64,000 nucleotides of DNA from an uncultured Pseudomonadota bacterium (GTDB lineage: Bacteria > Desulfobacterota > Binatia > Binatales > Binataceae). Numbering within the stretch: position 1 is the first letter of the stretch; every line of letters starts with the position of its first letter. The stretch covers positions 2,849,579-2,913,578 of the forward strand of contig CAVWXK010000001.1 of NCBI GenBank assembly GCA_963759165.1. The letters are read 5' to 3'. Under the pieces are notes generated by a model. That model worked only from the letters and a program-made list of their open reading frames with translations, was not told where the DNA came from and ran no database searches. Made by a program: the position numbers and the translations under genes. This document shows, one piece after another, positions 48,898 through 59,217 of this stretch.

Positions 48898-49512
48898 TTA
48901 TTTTGTTGGAACCTTGGCCGGCGGTGTGGCCCAGACGATATGTCCGGCGGTCGCGATGTCGATATCGACCTGCTTTGCGACCGTGAAGAAAAGAATGCTC
49001 GGATCTTCCAAGCCCCACTCGACATACGGCAGCGAAAAATGAGAAGTGGCAATCAGGCTGTCTCCGCTCAGACGGCCCTGAACCTCCAGGTTGATTTGGT
49101 GCCCGGTCCCGTGAAGTGTCAGAACTCCCAGCAGGTTTGCGTGAAACTGACCGTCAATCTCTAGCTGACCGGTAACGCGCTTAGGCGTGAATTTGATCTC
49201 CGGGTACTTGTGAACTTCGAGTATACTGTCCTTCATCCGGTCATCACGCGCGGATAAGCCGCTGTCACCGCTCGCGGCGACAATGACGACTGAGCCGCTG
49301 GCTTGACCAGTAGCTGGATCGGCCTCGATGATTCCCCGTTCAAGCTTGAAAGTACCGTGCGTGGTATGAAAATCGCCGGGCAAGCGAAACTCGATCAGTG
49401 TCTTTGACGGCTCGAGTTCCAGCGTTGCGGAGCGCAATTCCGCCGCCGCGGCTTGATGCCCGAAGGCGGCCACGGTGAGCAAGAATACAAGCGCACGAAT
49501 GCTAAATGACAT
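48898..49512 (-). CDS. YceI-like periplasmic polyisoprenoid-binding protein
   Basis: Signal peptide MSFSIRALVFLLTVAAFGHQAAA. YceI-like beta-barrel sequence (…HGTFKLERGIIEADPATGQASGSVVI…, FHANLLGVLTLHGTGHQINL). Confidence 0.85.
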   Translation of the reverse strand: MSFSIRALVFLLTVAAFGHQAAAAELRSATLELEPSKTLIEFRLPGDFHTTHGTFKLERGIIEADPATGQASGSVVIVAASGDSGLSARDDRMKDSILEVHKYPEIKFTPKRVTGQLEIDGQFHANLLGVLTLHGTGHQINLEVQGRLSGDSLIATSHFSLPYVEWGLEDPSILFFTVAKQVDIDIATAGHIVWATPPAKVPTK

Positions 49513-50881
49513 TTATGACGCGGCGCGCCATGCCCAGAGCTTCGGTCCAGAATCCGGTCGAGGCATGCATCAACTCCACGATCGCCTCCATTGCGTCAAC
49601 GAACTCATCCAACTGCGATTCGTTTATCACCAACGCGGGCGCGACCTTGAGCACCATGAAGTTGTTCCCGCAGATTTGACTGTATATCGCCTTGTCGCGG
49701 AACAGCCGCATCACCAGCACCTGCCCGAACATCGCCGGATGAATTCTCGAGAACGCTTCGAACAGAATTCTGAGGCGAAACTTTTTGGGAGGGCGAAACT
49801 CGATGGCGGACATCATGCCGAGGCCGCGGATGTCCTTAATCATCTGATAGCGCGAAAGCCGCGCGGCCAGCTTTTCGCGCAGGTAGCGGCCCAACCGCTC
49901 GCCGCGCTCACCCAGGTTGCCGTCCGCGAGCACGTCCATCGTGGCGAGGCCGGCGCGCATCGACAGGCTGTTCTCGCTATAAGTCGATGTGTGAATAATC
50001 GAACGTTTGAACGAGGTATAGACGGAACTATAAACCGCATCCGACATCAGCACCGCCCCTGACGGAACCAGGCCGCCGCTCATCGCCTTGGCAAGGATCA
50101 CCATGTCGGGCTCGACCCTGAAGTGATGCGCGGCGAGGAACGGTCCCGTGCGATACATGCCGGTCTGCACCTCGTCGAGCACGAACAGCGTGCCATGCCG
50201 CCGGCATAGTGACTGCGCTTGTTCCAGGTAATTTGGCGGTGGAATCAAAACTCCCGCTTCGGCCTGAATCGGTTCTACTACGAACGCGGCAAACTTTCGG
50301 GACGACAACTGCCTATCCAATTGCCCAATATCGCCGAATGGAACTGCCTGTGTCCCGGGAAGCAGTGGGCCGAACTCCGCGGTCCAGAAAGGATTGTCCA
50401 TCAGGGACAGCGCGCCGCAGGTGAGTCCATGAAAGCCGCCGCCCGCGTACAGGATCCCGGGCCGCTTGGTGTGGGCGCGGGCAAACTTGATTGCGGCTTC
50501 GACGCCTTCGCTTCCGGAACTGCAGAAGAACACTTTCGACAATCTTCCGCCGGCCTGCGTGCATAGCCGCTCAGCCAGCTCGCCGGCCAATTCCGGCACG
50601 TGGCCTTGCAGCATCGCCGGTCCGTTGCGGTCGAGCTCGGCTTTGAGGGCGCGGACGACGCCCGGATGATTGTGCCCGATGTTATGAACGCAGTAGCCGG
50701 AATTGAAATCCAGAATCCGCCGCCCATTATCGGTGAGAAGTTCTGAACCGAGACAGCTCGCGTAATGCACATTCATCCCGAGAACATCGAGCAGCCGCAC
50801 CCACTGCGGATTGACGTACTGTGCGTACAGCGGCTGCCGCGCGGATGAGTCTTTCGCTTCTGACAGTGGGTTCATAACCAT
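49502..50881 (-). CDS. class III pyridoxal-phosphate-dependent aminotransferase
   Basis: 459-aa ORF with …FFCSSGSEGVEAAIKFAR…, VLDEVQTGMYRTGPF, and the Lys of ILAKAMSGG. It overlaps yceI by 11 nt. Confidence 0.85.
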   Translation of the reverse strand: MVMNPLSEAKDSSARQPLYAQYVNPQWVRLLDVLGMNVHYASCLGSELLTDNGRRILDFNSGYCVHNIGHNHPGVVRALKAELDRNGPAMLQGHVPELAGELAERLCTQAGGRLSKVFFCSSGSEGVEAAIKFARAHTKRPGILYAGGGFHGLTCGALSLMDNPFWTAEFGPLLPGTQAVPFGDIGQLDRQLSSRKFAAFVVEPIQAEAGVLIPPPNYLEQAQSLCRRHGTLFVLDEVQTGMYRTGPFLAAHHFRVEPDMVILAKAMSGGLVPSGAVLMSDAVYSSVYTSFKRSIIHTSTYSENSLSMRAGLATMDVLADGNLGERGERLGRYLREKLAARLSRYQMIKDIRGLGMMSAIEFRPPKKFRLRILFEAFSRIHPAMFGQVLVMRLFRDKAIYSQICGNNFMVLKVAPALVINESQLDEFVDAMEAIVELMHASTGFWTEALGMARRVINVI

Positions 50882-50896
50882 CTCATTCGCTAGCAG

Positions 50897-50924
50897 GCTG
50901 CTGAAAAAGGCTTTTCAGCAGCCC
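50897..50924. promoter_or_regulatory. perfect 12-bp inverted repeat GGCTGCTGAAAA-AGGC-TTTTCAGCAGCC just upstream of the aminotransferase start
   Basis: The palindrome lies 16 nt 5' of the aminotransferase ATG on the minus strand, and about 135 nt 3' of the upstream haem-lipoprotein gene. Confidence 0.35.
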
Positions 50925-51059
50925 GCTACCCCCTCTGTAGTCTCCCCCGGTGGGAGAGAACTCGAGGAAAGAAGCCAGTTTTATCGCAGGGTGCTCGCAA
51001 CCGCTTCCGACACATAAAGGTTTTTCCGCACCCTGCTAGGATTTATTTTGCGGCGTGAT

Positions 51060-51512
51060 TCAATGTGCGGGCACGGCGGGCCGAGAGGCCCAGTTCAGGA
51101 GCGCCTGCTTTTGGTCACTGTTCAGGCGCGCCGAGTGATCGAGCAACGTGTAATCTCCCGGCGGCATCGAGCCGGCGCGCACAGACTTTTCGATATTCTT
51201 CAACGCATCCGTTTTTGTCTGCGCGTCGTAAGTCTGCCAGTCGGAAAAATTCAGCGCCCGGCGCGCGGAGTTGGCGGCCATGTAGGTCGGCGAGACGGCC
51301 GCATACCACGGTGCGCCGCCCCGGGTCGAATGGCACTGGTAACACGATCGCTGGACGATCGCGTTCACTTGCGGGTCCGCACTGACCGCGTTCGCGGAAT
51401 TCGGAGCTGCCGTCTCGGGCGTGGTTGTCTCCTGAGAGCTTGAACAACCCGCGACAAAAAGAGCCATACCAACCAGCCACGCGATCGGAAATAATCGAAT
51501 CTTCATCATCAT
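51060..51512 (-). CDS. haem-binding-domain lipoprotein with a single CxxCH motif
   Basis: Lipoprotein signal MMMKIRLFPIAWLVGMALFVAGC. The mature part contains QRSCYQCHSTRGG (CxxCH) and SVRAGSMPPGDY, typical of the small haem-binding-domain family. The upstream part of the long ORF is not credible coding. Confidence 0.7.
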   Translation of the reverse strand: MMMKIRLFPIAWLVGMALFVAGCSSSQETTTPETAAPNSANAVSADPQVNAIVQRSCYQCHSTRGGAPWYAAVSPTYMAANSARRALNFSDWQTYDAQTKTDALKNIEKSVRAGSMPPGDYTLLDHSARLNSDQKQALLNWASRPAVPAH

Positions 51513-51517
51513 GCCTT

Positions 51518-52693
51518 TTAGTCGTCGAGGCTCACGAAGCGGATGAGTCCCGCGGCGAGGAAAATGATCCCGATGCCGACCGTTGCCGCTAATGGCCGCA
51601 ATGCCGCGGAGGGCGGTTGGCTGCGAATCATCAGATCGTTGAACGCCTGCATGGTCCACGTCGTCGGCATCCAGCGGGCGAGTTCGCGCATCCATCCCGG
51701 CTCAAAGTCCAGCGGCCACCAGCATCCACCGATCGCCGCCATCGCCATGCTGACGGTTACGCCCAGCGGCATCACCGAATCGTGAGCGCGCGAAATCGAT
51801 GCGACCACCAGCCCCAACGCGGCGGCGGCGAAAGAGATTCCGACCGTCGGTATGAGCAACGCGAGAGGATTGCGTCCAAAAGTGATTCCGAACAGTGCCC
51901 ATCCGACCGCGAACAGCAACACCATTTGGGCGATACCGACGATGCTACGCGCGAATAGTTTTCCGAGCAGGAGTCCGGTAACCGGAGCACCACTGACCTG
52001 AAGGCGCTTGAGGGTCCCCCAATCGCGCTCATCGAAGAGCGTCAGCGCAATTCCCAGCATCATGCCAATCAGAAGAAACGTGATGCCGAATCCGGGGACG
52101 TACTGATCGAAGGCGTTTACAGTCACCGCTTCGCCCTCGATGGCGGGTTGTTCGACGAATCCGAGATCGCCGGGGAGCGTGAGCGCCGGCGACGCCACGA
52201 AGGATTCGATTTGCGCTTGCGCCGCCGCCCGCGCTTGCTCGGTGAGTCTTCGGCACAATTCGTCAATCCGAAGTTCGAGCGCGTTTACCTCGACTCGCCT
52301 GACGGGATCGACGAACAGAAACAGCCGAGGCTGGCGGCCCGCGGCGACCGCGGCGCTGGTTCCCGCGGGAATCACCATCGCGATGGGCGTCCGGTCGCGC
52401 TGGCTCACGAGGCGCCGCGCTTCATCGGCGTCGTTGAGCATTTCCAAAGTGAGGTTGCGATCGTGGTGCAGTGCTTGAATTATTCCGTCGGAGACCTGTC
52501 CATGATCGAGGTTGACCACGGGCAGTCGAAAGGAATTCGCGGCACCGCCGTACAGACTGACGAGCGAATATCCCGCGACCGTGATGATCACGACCGGCGC
52601 GAACAGAAGCATGAACAGCACAATCGGATCCTTGACCAGGAGCCGAGCCTCGTTGTGCGCGGTGAGCCATATCGCGCGAAGCATTGCCGACAC
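51518..52693 (-). CDS. ABC-2 type transporter permease
   Basis: 391-aa ORF with N-terminal TM, a large extracytoplasmic loop, and a C-terminal bundle of 5 TM helices (ABC2_membrane_3-like). Confidence 0.85.
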   Translation of the reverse strand: MSAMLRAIWLTAHNEARLLVKDPIVLFMLLFAPVVIITVAGYSLVSLYGGAANSFRLPVVNLDHGQVSDGIIQALHHDRNLTLEMLNDADEARRLVSQRDRTPIAMVIPAGTSAAVAAGRQPRLFLFVDPVRRVEVNALELRIDELCRRLTEQARAAAQAQIESFVASPALTLPGDLGFVEQPAIEGEAVTVNAFDQYVPGFGITFLLIGMMLGIALTLFDERDWGTLKRLQVSGAPVTGLLLGKLFARSIVGIAQMVLLFAVGWALFGITFGRNPLALLIPTVGISFAAAALGLVVASISRAHDSVMPLGVTVSMAMAAIGGCWWPLDFEPGWMRELARWMPTTWTMQAFNDLMIRSQPPSAALRPLAATVGIGIIFLAAGLIRFVSLDD

Positions 52694-52695
52694 GC

Positions 52696-53652
52696 TCAGA
52701 GCACCTGGTCGCGCAGTGCGTGGCCGGTCAGCGCGATGAACGCGTCAGACAGATTCGGACTATGCAGGTTGAAGTCGATGACATTTACGTCCAGTGTGCG
52801 AAGCCCGTGCAGCACCTCGGCGACCTGGCTGAGACTGGTCATCTCGAGAGTTGCCTGGCCTTCGACGAGGGTCCCGCCTATCTCGCGCACGCCGGCAAGT
52901 CCGCCGAAACGCCCTTGCGGCAAATTCCCGCGATAGGTCAGCTCGATGCGAGGCCGGCCGCCGCCGAGTGAAATCACCTTTTCGAGGCTGCCCTCGGCGA
53001 CTAGTTTGCCGCTATCGATCAGCAGCACGCGATCGCAAATGCGTTCCGCCTCCTCCATGTAATGGGTGCTGTAGATTATCGCCGAGCCGTTATCCGCGTA
53101 GCGTCGAATACGCGTCAATATCTGTTCGCGCGATTGGAGATCGACGCCGACGGTCGGTTCGTCCAGCAGCAGCACACGAGGACGATGAACAACTCCGCAA
53201 GCGAGGTTGAGGAGGCGCTTCATCCCGCCGGAAAACCCATGCATCGGATCGTCGGCGCGCCGGCTGAGACCCACCTCCTCGAGCACCCGCTTGCAGCGCT
53301 CCTTCGCGTCGTCCCGCGAGAGTCCTTGCATTCGGGCGAAATGCCATACGTTTTGTGCGGCGCTCAGCGCCGGGTAGAGCGCGAGCGATTGTGGCACCAG
53401 CCCAAGCATGCGTCCCAGCCCGCGCCGGTCGGTGTTTGGCGGCTTGCCATCGATCAGAACACGACCGCTATCAGGTCGCAGCAGAGTGGCGAGGATGGAG
53501 AGCGTCGTGGTCTTGCCCGCGCCGTTTGGTCCCAGCAACCCGGCAATCTCACCGGGCCTCACCGCGAGGCTGACCCTGTCGAGCGCGAGACGAATACCGT
53601 AGCTCTTGGATATCTCGATCGCCTCGAGGATTGGCGCGTCAGCCGGACTCAT
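52696..53652 (-). CDS. ABC transporter ATP-binding protein
   Basis: Walker A GLLGPNGAGKTT, signature FSGGMKRRLNL-like (FSGGMKRLLNLA), and Walker B LLLDEPT. Confidence 0.9.
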   Translation of the reverse strand: MSPADAPILEAIEISKSYGIRLALDRVSLAVRPGEIAGLLGPNGAGKTTTLSILATLLRPDSGRVLIDGKPPNTDRRGLGRMLGLVPQSLALYPALSAAQNVWHFARMQGLSRDDAKERCKRVLEEVGLSRRADDPMHGFSGGMKRLLNLACGVVHRPRVLLLDEPTVGVDLQSREQILTRIRRYADNGSAIIYSTHYMEEAERICDRVLLIDSGKLVAEGSLEKVISLGGGRPRIELTYRGNLPQGRFGGLAGVREIGGTLVEGQATLEMTSLSQVAEVLHGLRTLDVNVIDFNLHSPNLSDAFIALTGHALRDQVL

Positions 53653-53659
53653 CTTGCGC

Positions 53660-54813
53660 TCACGCCGCCGTCACCATCATTCGCATTGCGCCACCCATCA
53701 GGGCCGAGAATGCCCGCGGATGTCGCATCAGCAAGTTGATTATTGTCCGCCGAGCGCGAGGATGGCGCGCGACCATCAACAGGCCGCTGGTGATAAACCA
53801 GTAGCCGCGATAGAACCGGCGCACCTCGCGTTCGTAAGGCTGCATACTCTCCTGCGTAGCGCCGCGCTTTAGAATTTCAGGGAGATGCTTGCCGAGCATC
53901 AACGCCGAGTTGAACGCGATCGACAGTCCCTCGCCGGAGATTGAATCCAGGAATCCCCCAGCGTCGCCGACCAGTACCATGCGATTGGCGTTGCGACGAG
54001 TCACAGCGTGCTCCATCGGCCCGGCTCCTTTAATCGTTGAAATCGCCGGGGCGATCCCAAGCCGCGCCCGCAGGGCCGGAAAACAGCGCATCAGCACCGA
54101 TATTTCCGGCTGCTCGATGACTCCATCTTCCCAGACGAAATTGATTCCGACGCTTTCGTCGGAGACCGGAGTCACCACAGCTTCGCCCTTGTCGTCCACG
54201 TAAACTTCGACGAAGTCGGTCCAGGGGCGAATCTGGTAATGCTGGCGCAGCGCGAAGCGGCGATGGGCGCACGGAACCGGGTCGAGGCCCGATGCCTTTC
54301 GGAGCGACGAGTGAAGCCCGTCTGCCGCGACGACCAGCCTGCCGAATAATTCGCCCTCGGTCGTGTACACCACCGCTTCGCTCGAGGTCGCCTTGTAGCC
54401 ATTGACCGAGCATCGATGGCGCAATACGGCCCCCAGTTCCTCCGCGCGGCGCGCCAGCGCCTCGACCAGTACCGTGCGCCTGATGCCCATCCCGTGGGAG
54501 GGCAGGCGCGCTTCCGCAGCGGAACCGTTTTCCTGGATGAAGCGAATTCCGGCGAATGGATAAAGACGTCGTGCGATCGAAACGATCGGCGATCTCCAAG
54601 GCGCTCGAGGGCCTTCACGCCCGGCGGCAGCACGCCTTCGCCGCAAGCCTTGTCCAGCGGGAAATCGCGACGCTCGACGACTACGACGGAGAGGCCCTGT
54701 TCCGCCGCGACGATTGCGACGGCGAGCCCCGCCGGTCCACCGCCGACTACGACGAGATCCCATATCGCGCGCGCGGGCGCTGATACATAGCTGGCGGCCG
54801 GCGTGCTAGCCAT
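53660..54813 (-). CDS. FAD-dependent oxidoreductase (geranylgeranyl-reductase / flavin-monooxygenase-like), interrupted by an apparent 1-nt indel near 54575-54600
   Basis: The N-terminus sits in ORF 54172..54813 (DLVVVGGGPAGLAVAIVAAEQGLSVVVVERRDFPLDKACGEGVLPPGVKALERLG), a Rossmann GxGxxG. The body sits in ORF 53660..54763 (…IARRLYPFAGIRFIQENGSAAEARLPSHGMGIRRTVL… GDAGGFLDSISGEGLSIAF). The frames switch inside a gatcg x3 repeat. Confidence 0.75.
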
Positions 54814-54819
54814 TTAGCA

Positions 54820-55917
54820 TCACCATCGCAGCAGAACCAACTCGCCGCAGAAACCGGGACCCATCGAGAGCAGCACCCCGTAGTCTCCTGGACGAGCGAC
54901 GTTCGCCTCCAGAAAGTCGGCCGCCACGAACAGCACCGACGCGGATGACAAATTTCCGATCGACGCGAGCGATTTCCAGGATCGCTGGAGACTGCATCGT
55001 GGTACTTCGAGCGCCGCCTCCATCGCCTGCAGCACTTTCGGTCCGCCGGTGTGAGCGATCCAATGCTTGATGTCGCGGCGCGAAAGCCCGTGCTCGTCGA
55101 GGAACGAATCCGCTCCCTGGCGCAGTTTATTTCGCACGAGGTCCGGAACGCCCGCCGACAGCACGATCTCGAAGCCGCTGTCCCCGATGTGCCAGCCCAT
55201 CATTTGCTCGGTGTCGTGAAAGAACATCGATCGCGACGCGACGATCCTCGGCAAGCGCGGCGCGCGGTCCTTCGCTCCGCCGCTTACAATCGCCGCCGCG
55301 GCCCCGTCCGCAAAAAGACCCGATGCGATTACGTTGGCAACCGACTGATCCTTCAACTGGAGCGTAAGCGAGCAGAGTTCTACTGAAACAAGAAGTGCCG
55401 TATGGCTTGGAAAAGCACGCAGGTAGTCCGCTGCTCGGGCCAACCCCGCTGCTCCGCCGACGCAACCGAGCCCGAAGATGGGAGTCCGCTTGATGTCCGC
55501 TCGCATCGACAGTCGATTCACGAGTTTGGCGTCGATGCTGGGCGACGCGATGCCCGTCACGGTAGTGAAAAAAATGTGGTCAACATCCGTCGGCGACAGT
55601 CCTGCTTGCGAAAGCGCCGATAAGGCCGCTTGTTCGCCGAGATCGGTCGCGCGTTCGATCCACTTATCGTTCGTCTTCGAGAATGAATCGAGGGCGCGGT
55701 AATCCTCCATCGGGAGCGCTAGATGGCGTCCGCGAACGCCGACCGAACGATGGATCCGCTCGAAGCGGGCGCGGCCTTCGTCGCTGCCGTCCCATTCCTT
55801 CCAAAGCGCCGCGGAAATCACTTCCTGCGGATAGTAGTTTTCCGGTAGAGCGCGGCCGATCGATCGCAATAGCGGGTGGTTCGTGGCTGATGGCTCATTC
55901 CTTGCCGTGTTGTGCAT
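54820..55917 (-). CDS. type III polyketide synthase (chalcone/stilbene synthase family)
   Basis: …LLRSIGRALPENYYPQEVISAAL… N-terminus. Active-site Cys in IFGLGCVGGAAGL. C-terminal GDYGVLLSMGPGFCGELVLLRW. The start is taken at MHNTAR (365 aa) and could be 26 codons earlier. Confidence 0.85.
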   Translation of the reverse strand: MHNTARNEPSATNHPLLRSIGRALPENYYPQEVISAALWKEWDGSDEGRARFERIHRSVGVRGRHLALPMEDYRALDSFSKTNDKWIERATDLGEQAALSALSQAGLSPTDVDHIFFTTVTGIASPSIDAKLVNRLSMRADIKRTPIFGLGCVGGAAGLARAADYLRAFPSHTALLVSVELCSLTLQLKDQSVANVIASGLFADGAAAAIVSGGAKDRAPRLPRIVASRSMFFHDTEQMMGWHIGDSGFEIVLSAGVPDLVRNKLRQGADSFLDEHGLSRRDIKHWIAHTGGPKVLQAMEAALEVPRCSLQRSWKSLASIGNLSSASVLFVAADFLEANVARPGDYGVLLSMGPGFCGELVLLRW

Positions 55918-56357
55918 GTTAACCGGGATTTCGCGCTTCCAGACCGTCGGTGTTCTGAGCCGGCAGCCTCGGTAGAGGTTTAGAGCACGATTCATGTCGT
56001 CCGCGTGTCGAGGTGATGTTCTTTGTGTGCTGCAAGGCAGCAGCGACAGGCGCACGTTCCTAGCAAACCGCCTGCCATCCGTTTACGCTGATATCAACGG
56101 CCAATCGCTAGGCTTCTCGTCGCTGCATCTCTACGACGACATGGGTTGTCCAAAAATTCGAACGCAAAAAAAGGTTCGTGTACAAACTTTTGAACGAAAT
56201 GAGATAGGCCTTACGGAATTTGGGTCATCGTCAAAAGGATTTCATTAAAGATGGCGGCATCGCGTTTGCTCATGGGGCCGTCTCCTCCGGAGACGGACAG
56301 GTGGCGATTGTTGCCACCGCTCGATTCGTTCGGACGGTTGACCGACTCTGACCAAAA

Positions 56358-57699
56358 ATGACCGAGCATAAACCGAGCGATAGTCTCTGGGCGATTAGCT
56401 CCCTTACAAGCGCGATGGGCAATGGCGCCGCCGAATTCGCGGTGGACGACCAGGAATCCTTTCGCCGGCAGGAATTCGTCTTCGCTTCTCTGAATCTTTT
56501 GCTGATTGGTGCACTGTTGGCGCTGCAAGCGATCTCGAAGTTCGTCCGTGGCAAACCTTCCGCGTCGGTTATCATCGTCCTGGCGGTGGGTTTGAGCGTA
56601 CAGGCGGCTCACCTAATCTGGCTGCGCAAGAGGAACGCGACAATTTCCCGGAGAACACGACGGTTCCTCACTTTCTGGTCTCTCGGCTTCAACTCGATAC
56701 TGGCGTTGGCGCTCACCTCGTTGACCATCAGAGGAGACACTGCGTACTACGCCCTGATGCTTCTTCCGATACTCGAAGCGGCTTTCAGGCTCGGCCTTGG
56801 CGCCACGATTGCGGTGGTTGTACTGGCGGACTTCATCAGCTTCATGGGCGCCTATGGCCTGAAATTCGGCGAGTACATCGAAGCCGGCGCGATGTCGGTA
56901 ATCTACAGCGTGATGGGGGTGCTGGTGTGGCTGCTGGTCAACAATCTACGCACTCGCGAGGCCAAATTCGTGCACAATCTCGAGGAACTCGAACGTACCC
57001 GCCAGCAATTGCTCTCTGAAGAGAAGCTTGCCGCAATCGGCCGATTGTCCAGAGCGATCGCGCACGAAATCCGAAATCCCGTTGCGATGATTTCCAGCTC
57101 GTTGGCAACCGCTATCCGGCCGGGTCAGAACAAAACAGAACGAGAAGAAATGTTCTCGATAGCGGCAAAGGAAGCCGTGCGTCTCGAACGGCTGACCAGC
57201 TGACTTCCTGGTTTACGCGCGTCCGCGTCCCGTGCAGATCGCGCGGGCAAACCTCGCCGACACTCTGAACTACGTCGCTACTCTCGCTCGCGCGCACGCG
57301 GCCAATGAAGGTGTAGCGATCGATGTCGCTGTCGACAGCAAGCTTGAGGGGGAGTTCGATGCGAACCAGATGCATCAGGCGCTCCTGAACCTGGTGCTCA
57401 ACGCAATCGACGCATGTCATCGAGGGGATGTGGTTAAGCTCGACGCGCAGATGAACGGAAACGGCACCATCCGAATCGACGTAGTCGACCCGGCTGGTCC
57501 GATTCCCGCGGAAGTCGTGGCGCGTATTTTCGAGCCGCTGTTTACCACCAAGCGGGGCGGCAACGGACTCGGTCTCGCGATCGCGCGCAACATCGCGCGC
57601 GCGCATGGCAGCGACATCGTGCTGAGATTCAACGAAACGCGGCGGGTATGCTTTTCCATCGAGATACTGGCGCACTTCCCGAGCCAATCCCTCAAATAG
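56358..57699 (+). CDS. sensor histidine kinase (membrane, HisKA plus HATPase_c), interrupted by a +1 T insertion at about 57200 that creates a TGA
   Basis: ORF 56358..57203 holds the TM region plus H-box (RLSRAIAHEIRNPVAMI) and ends …RLERLTS*. The next frame continues PADFLVYARPRPVQIARANLADTLNYV… into the HATPase_c domain (ORF 57232..57699; N-box LLNLVLNAIDA, G-boxes GGNGLGLAIARNIARAHG). The sequence agcTgac has one base more than the expected agc-gac. Confidence 0.8.
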
Positions 57700-57709
57700 G
57701 GGCCACACC

Positions 57710-59116
57710 ATGGGCAAGATACTCATTGTGGATGACGAACCGCACTTGCGGCGGATACTCATCTCCAATCTGAAGCAGGAGCATCACGAGGTAGTCGAGG
57801 CTGCCGGTGTCAACGATGCGCGAGGCGCGCTTGCCGAGCACACATTCGATGCCGTCATAACTGACCAGAAGATGGCCGATGGCGAAGGATTGGACGTCCT
57901 GGCCGCGGCGCGGGAAGCTGATCCGAATCTGTCCGTGCTTTTTCTGACCGCGTTTGCGACCATTGAACTCGCGGTGGAAAGCATGCGCCGCGGCGCATTC
58001 GATTTCATCACCAAGCCCTTCGTTCCTGAAGTCTTGCTGGCGTCGGCCACCCGCGCTATGGAGCACACGCGGCTTGTGCGTGAGAACGCCAGGCTCCGCG
58101 ACACGGTGGTGCGCCTTGAAGGCTCCTCGGAGCTCTCAGGGCGCAGCCTGGCGATTCGCCAACTCCGCGAAAAAATCGCGCGCGTCGCGCCGACCAACGC
58201 CACCGTCCTGATCACCGGGGAAACGGGGACCGGCAAGGAGCTGGTCGCCCGCGCGATTCATCGCAACAGCCTGCGTGCCGGGAAGACGCTGGTCGCCGTC
58301 AATTGTGCTGCGTTTACCGAAACGCTTCTGGAAAGCGAGCTGTTCGGACACGAGCGGGGAGCTTTCACCGGCGCCGATCGCGCGCGCGAGGGAGTCTTCG
58401 AGGCCGCGCACGAAGGTACGCTTTTTCTCGACGAGGCCGCCGAAATGTCGCTGCAGGCGCAGGCCAAGCTGCTGCGGGTGTTGACGGACGGGCTGATTAC
58501 CCGGCTCGGATCGACCAAGCCCCGGCACACCGATGTGCGGCTGCTGGTCGCGACCAACAGGGATTTGAAGCGTCGCGTGGAAGAGGGCCGCTTTCGCGAG
58601 GACCTCTACTACCGGCTGGCGGTGGTTCCTCTCACGGTTCCCGCTCTGCGCGATCATCGCGAGGACATACCCGAGCTTTGCGCCCTGTTCCTGGCGCAGG
58701 CTGTGCGCGACCTGAACACGCCGCCGCGCAGAATCAGCGCCGAAGCGCTTGGCACGCTCCTCAGCTACGATTTTCCCGGGAATATCCGCGAACTTCGCAA
58801 CCTCATCGAGCGCGCATGCATTCTCTCAGCCGAGGAGGAAATCACCCAGGAGAACTTTCCGGTGTCAACGCCTCGCAGCGCAAACGGCCTTGCGGCCCGC
58901 AGTTCCGCCGAACTCACCACCGACCAGCTTGCCGAGATGATGCCCGAGACACACAACCTGCGAGAGTTTCTCGCTTCGCTGGAAAAAGCGGTGATTCAGC
59001 GCGCGCTGAAGATAACCGATGGTGCGCAGGCGGAAGTCGCGCGCCGGCTAGGAATGTCGCGAAGCGATCTTTCATACAAGCTCGGCAAACACCGCATCAA
59101 GAGCGCGGCGAACTAA
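57710..59116 (+). CDS. sigma54-dependent response regulator (REC plus AAA+ sigma54-activator plus Fis-type HTH; NtrC family)
   Basis: Phospho-acceptor Asp in the DAVITDQKM context. Walker A GETGTGKE, GAFTGA sigma54-contact motif, and C-terminal HTH (QAEVARRLGMSRSDLSYKL). Confidence 0.9.
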   Translation: MGKILIVDDEPHLRRILISNLKQEHHEVVEAAGVNDARGALAEHTFDAVITDQKMADGEGLDVLAAAREADPNLSVLFLTAFATIELAVESMRRGAFDFITKPFVPEVLLASATRAMEHTRLVRENARLRDTVVRLEGSSELSGRSLAIRQLREKIARVAPTNATVLITGETGTGKELVARAIHRNSLRAGKTLVAVNCAAFTETLLESELFGHERGAFTGADRAREGVFEAAHEGTLFLDEAAEMSLQAQAKLLRVLTDGLITRLGSTKPRHTDVRLLVATNRDLKRRVEEGRFREDLYYRLAVVPLTVPALRDHREDIPELCALFLAQAVRDLNTPPRRISAEALGTLLSYDFPGNIRELRNLIERACILSAEEEITQENFPVSTPRSANGLAARSSAELTTDQLAEMMPETHNLREFLASLEKAVIQRALKITDGAQAEVARRLGMSRSDLSYKLGKHRIKSAAN

Positions 59117-59217
59117 CCCCGTAATCCGGCAAGGGCTTGCACATCCGTCACAGCCAGCGCGAACCCCGCTCCCGCTAGCTGCTCGGCCACGCCCTTAAGA
59201 TGATCCGGAAAGCCTTC

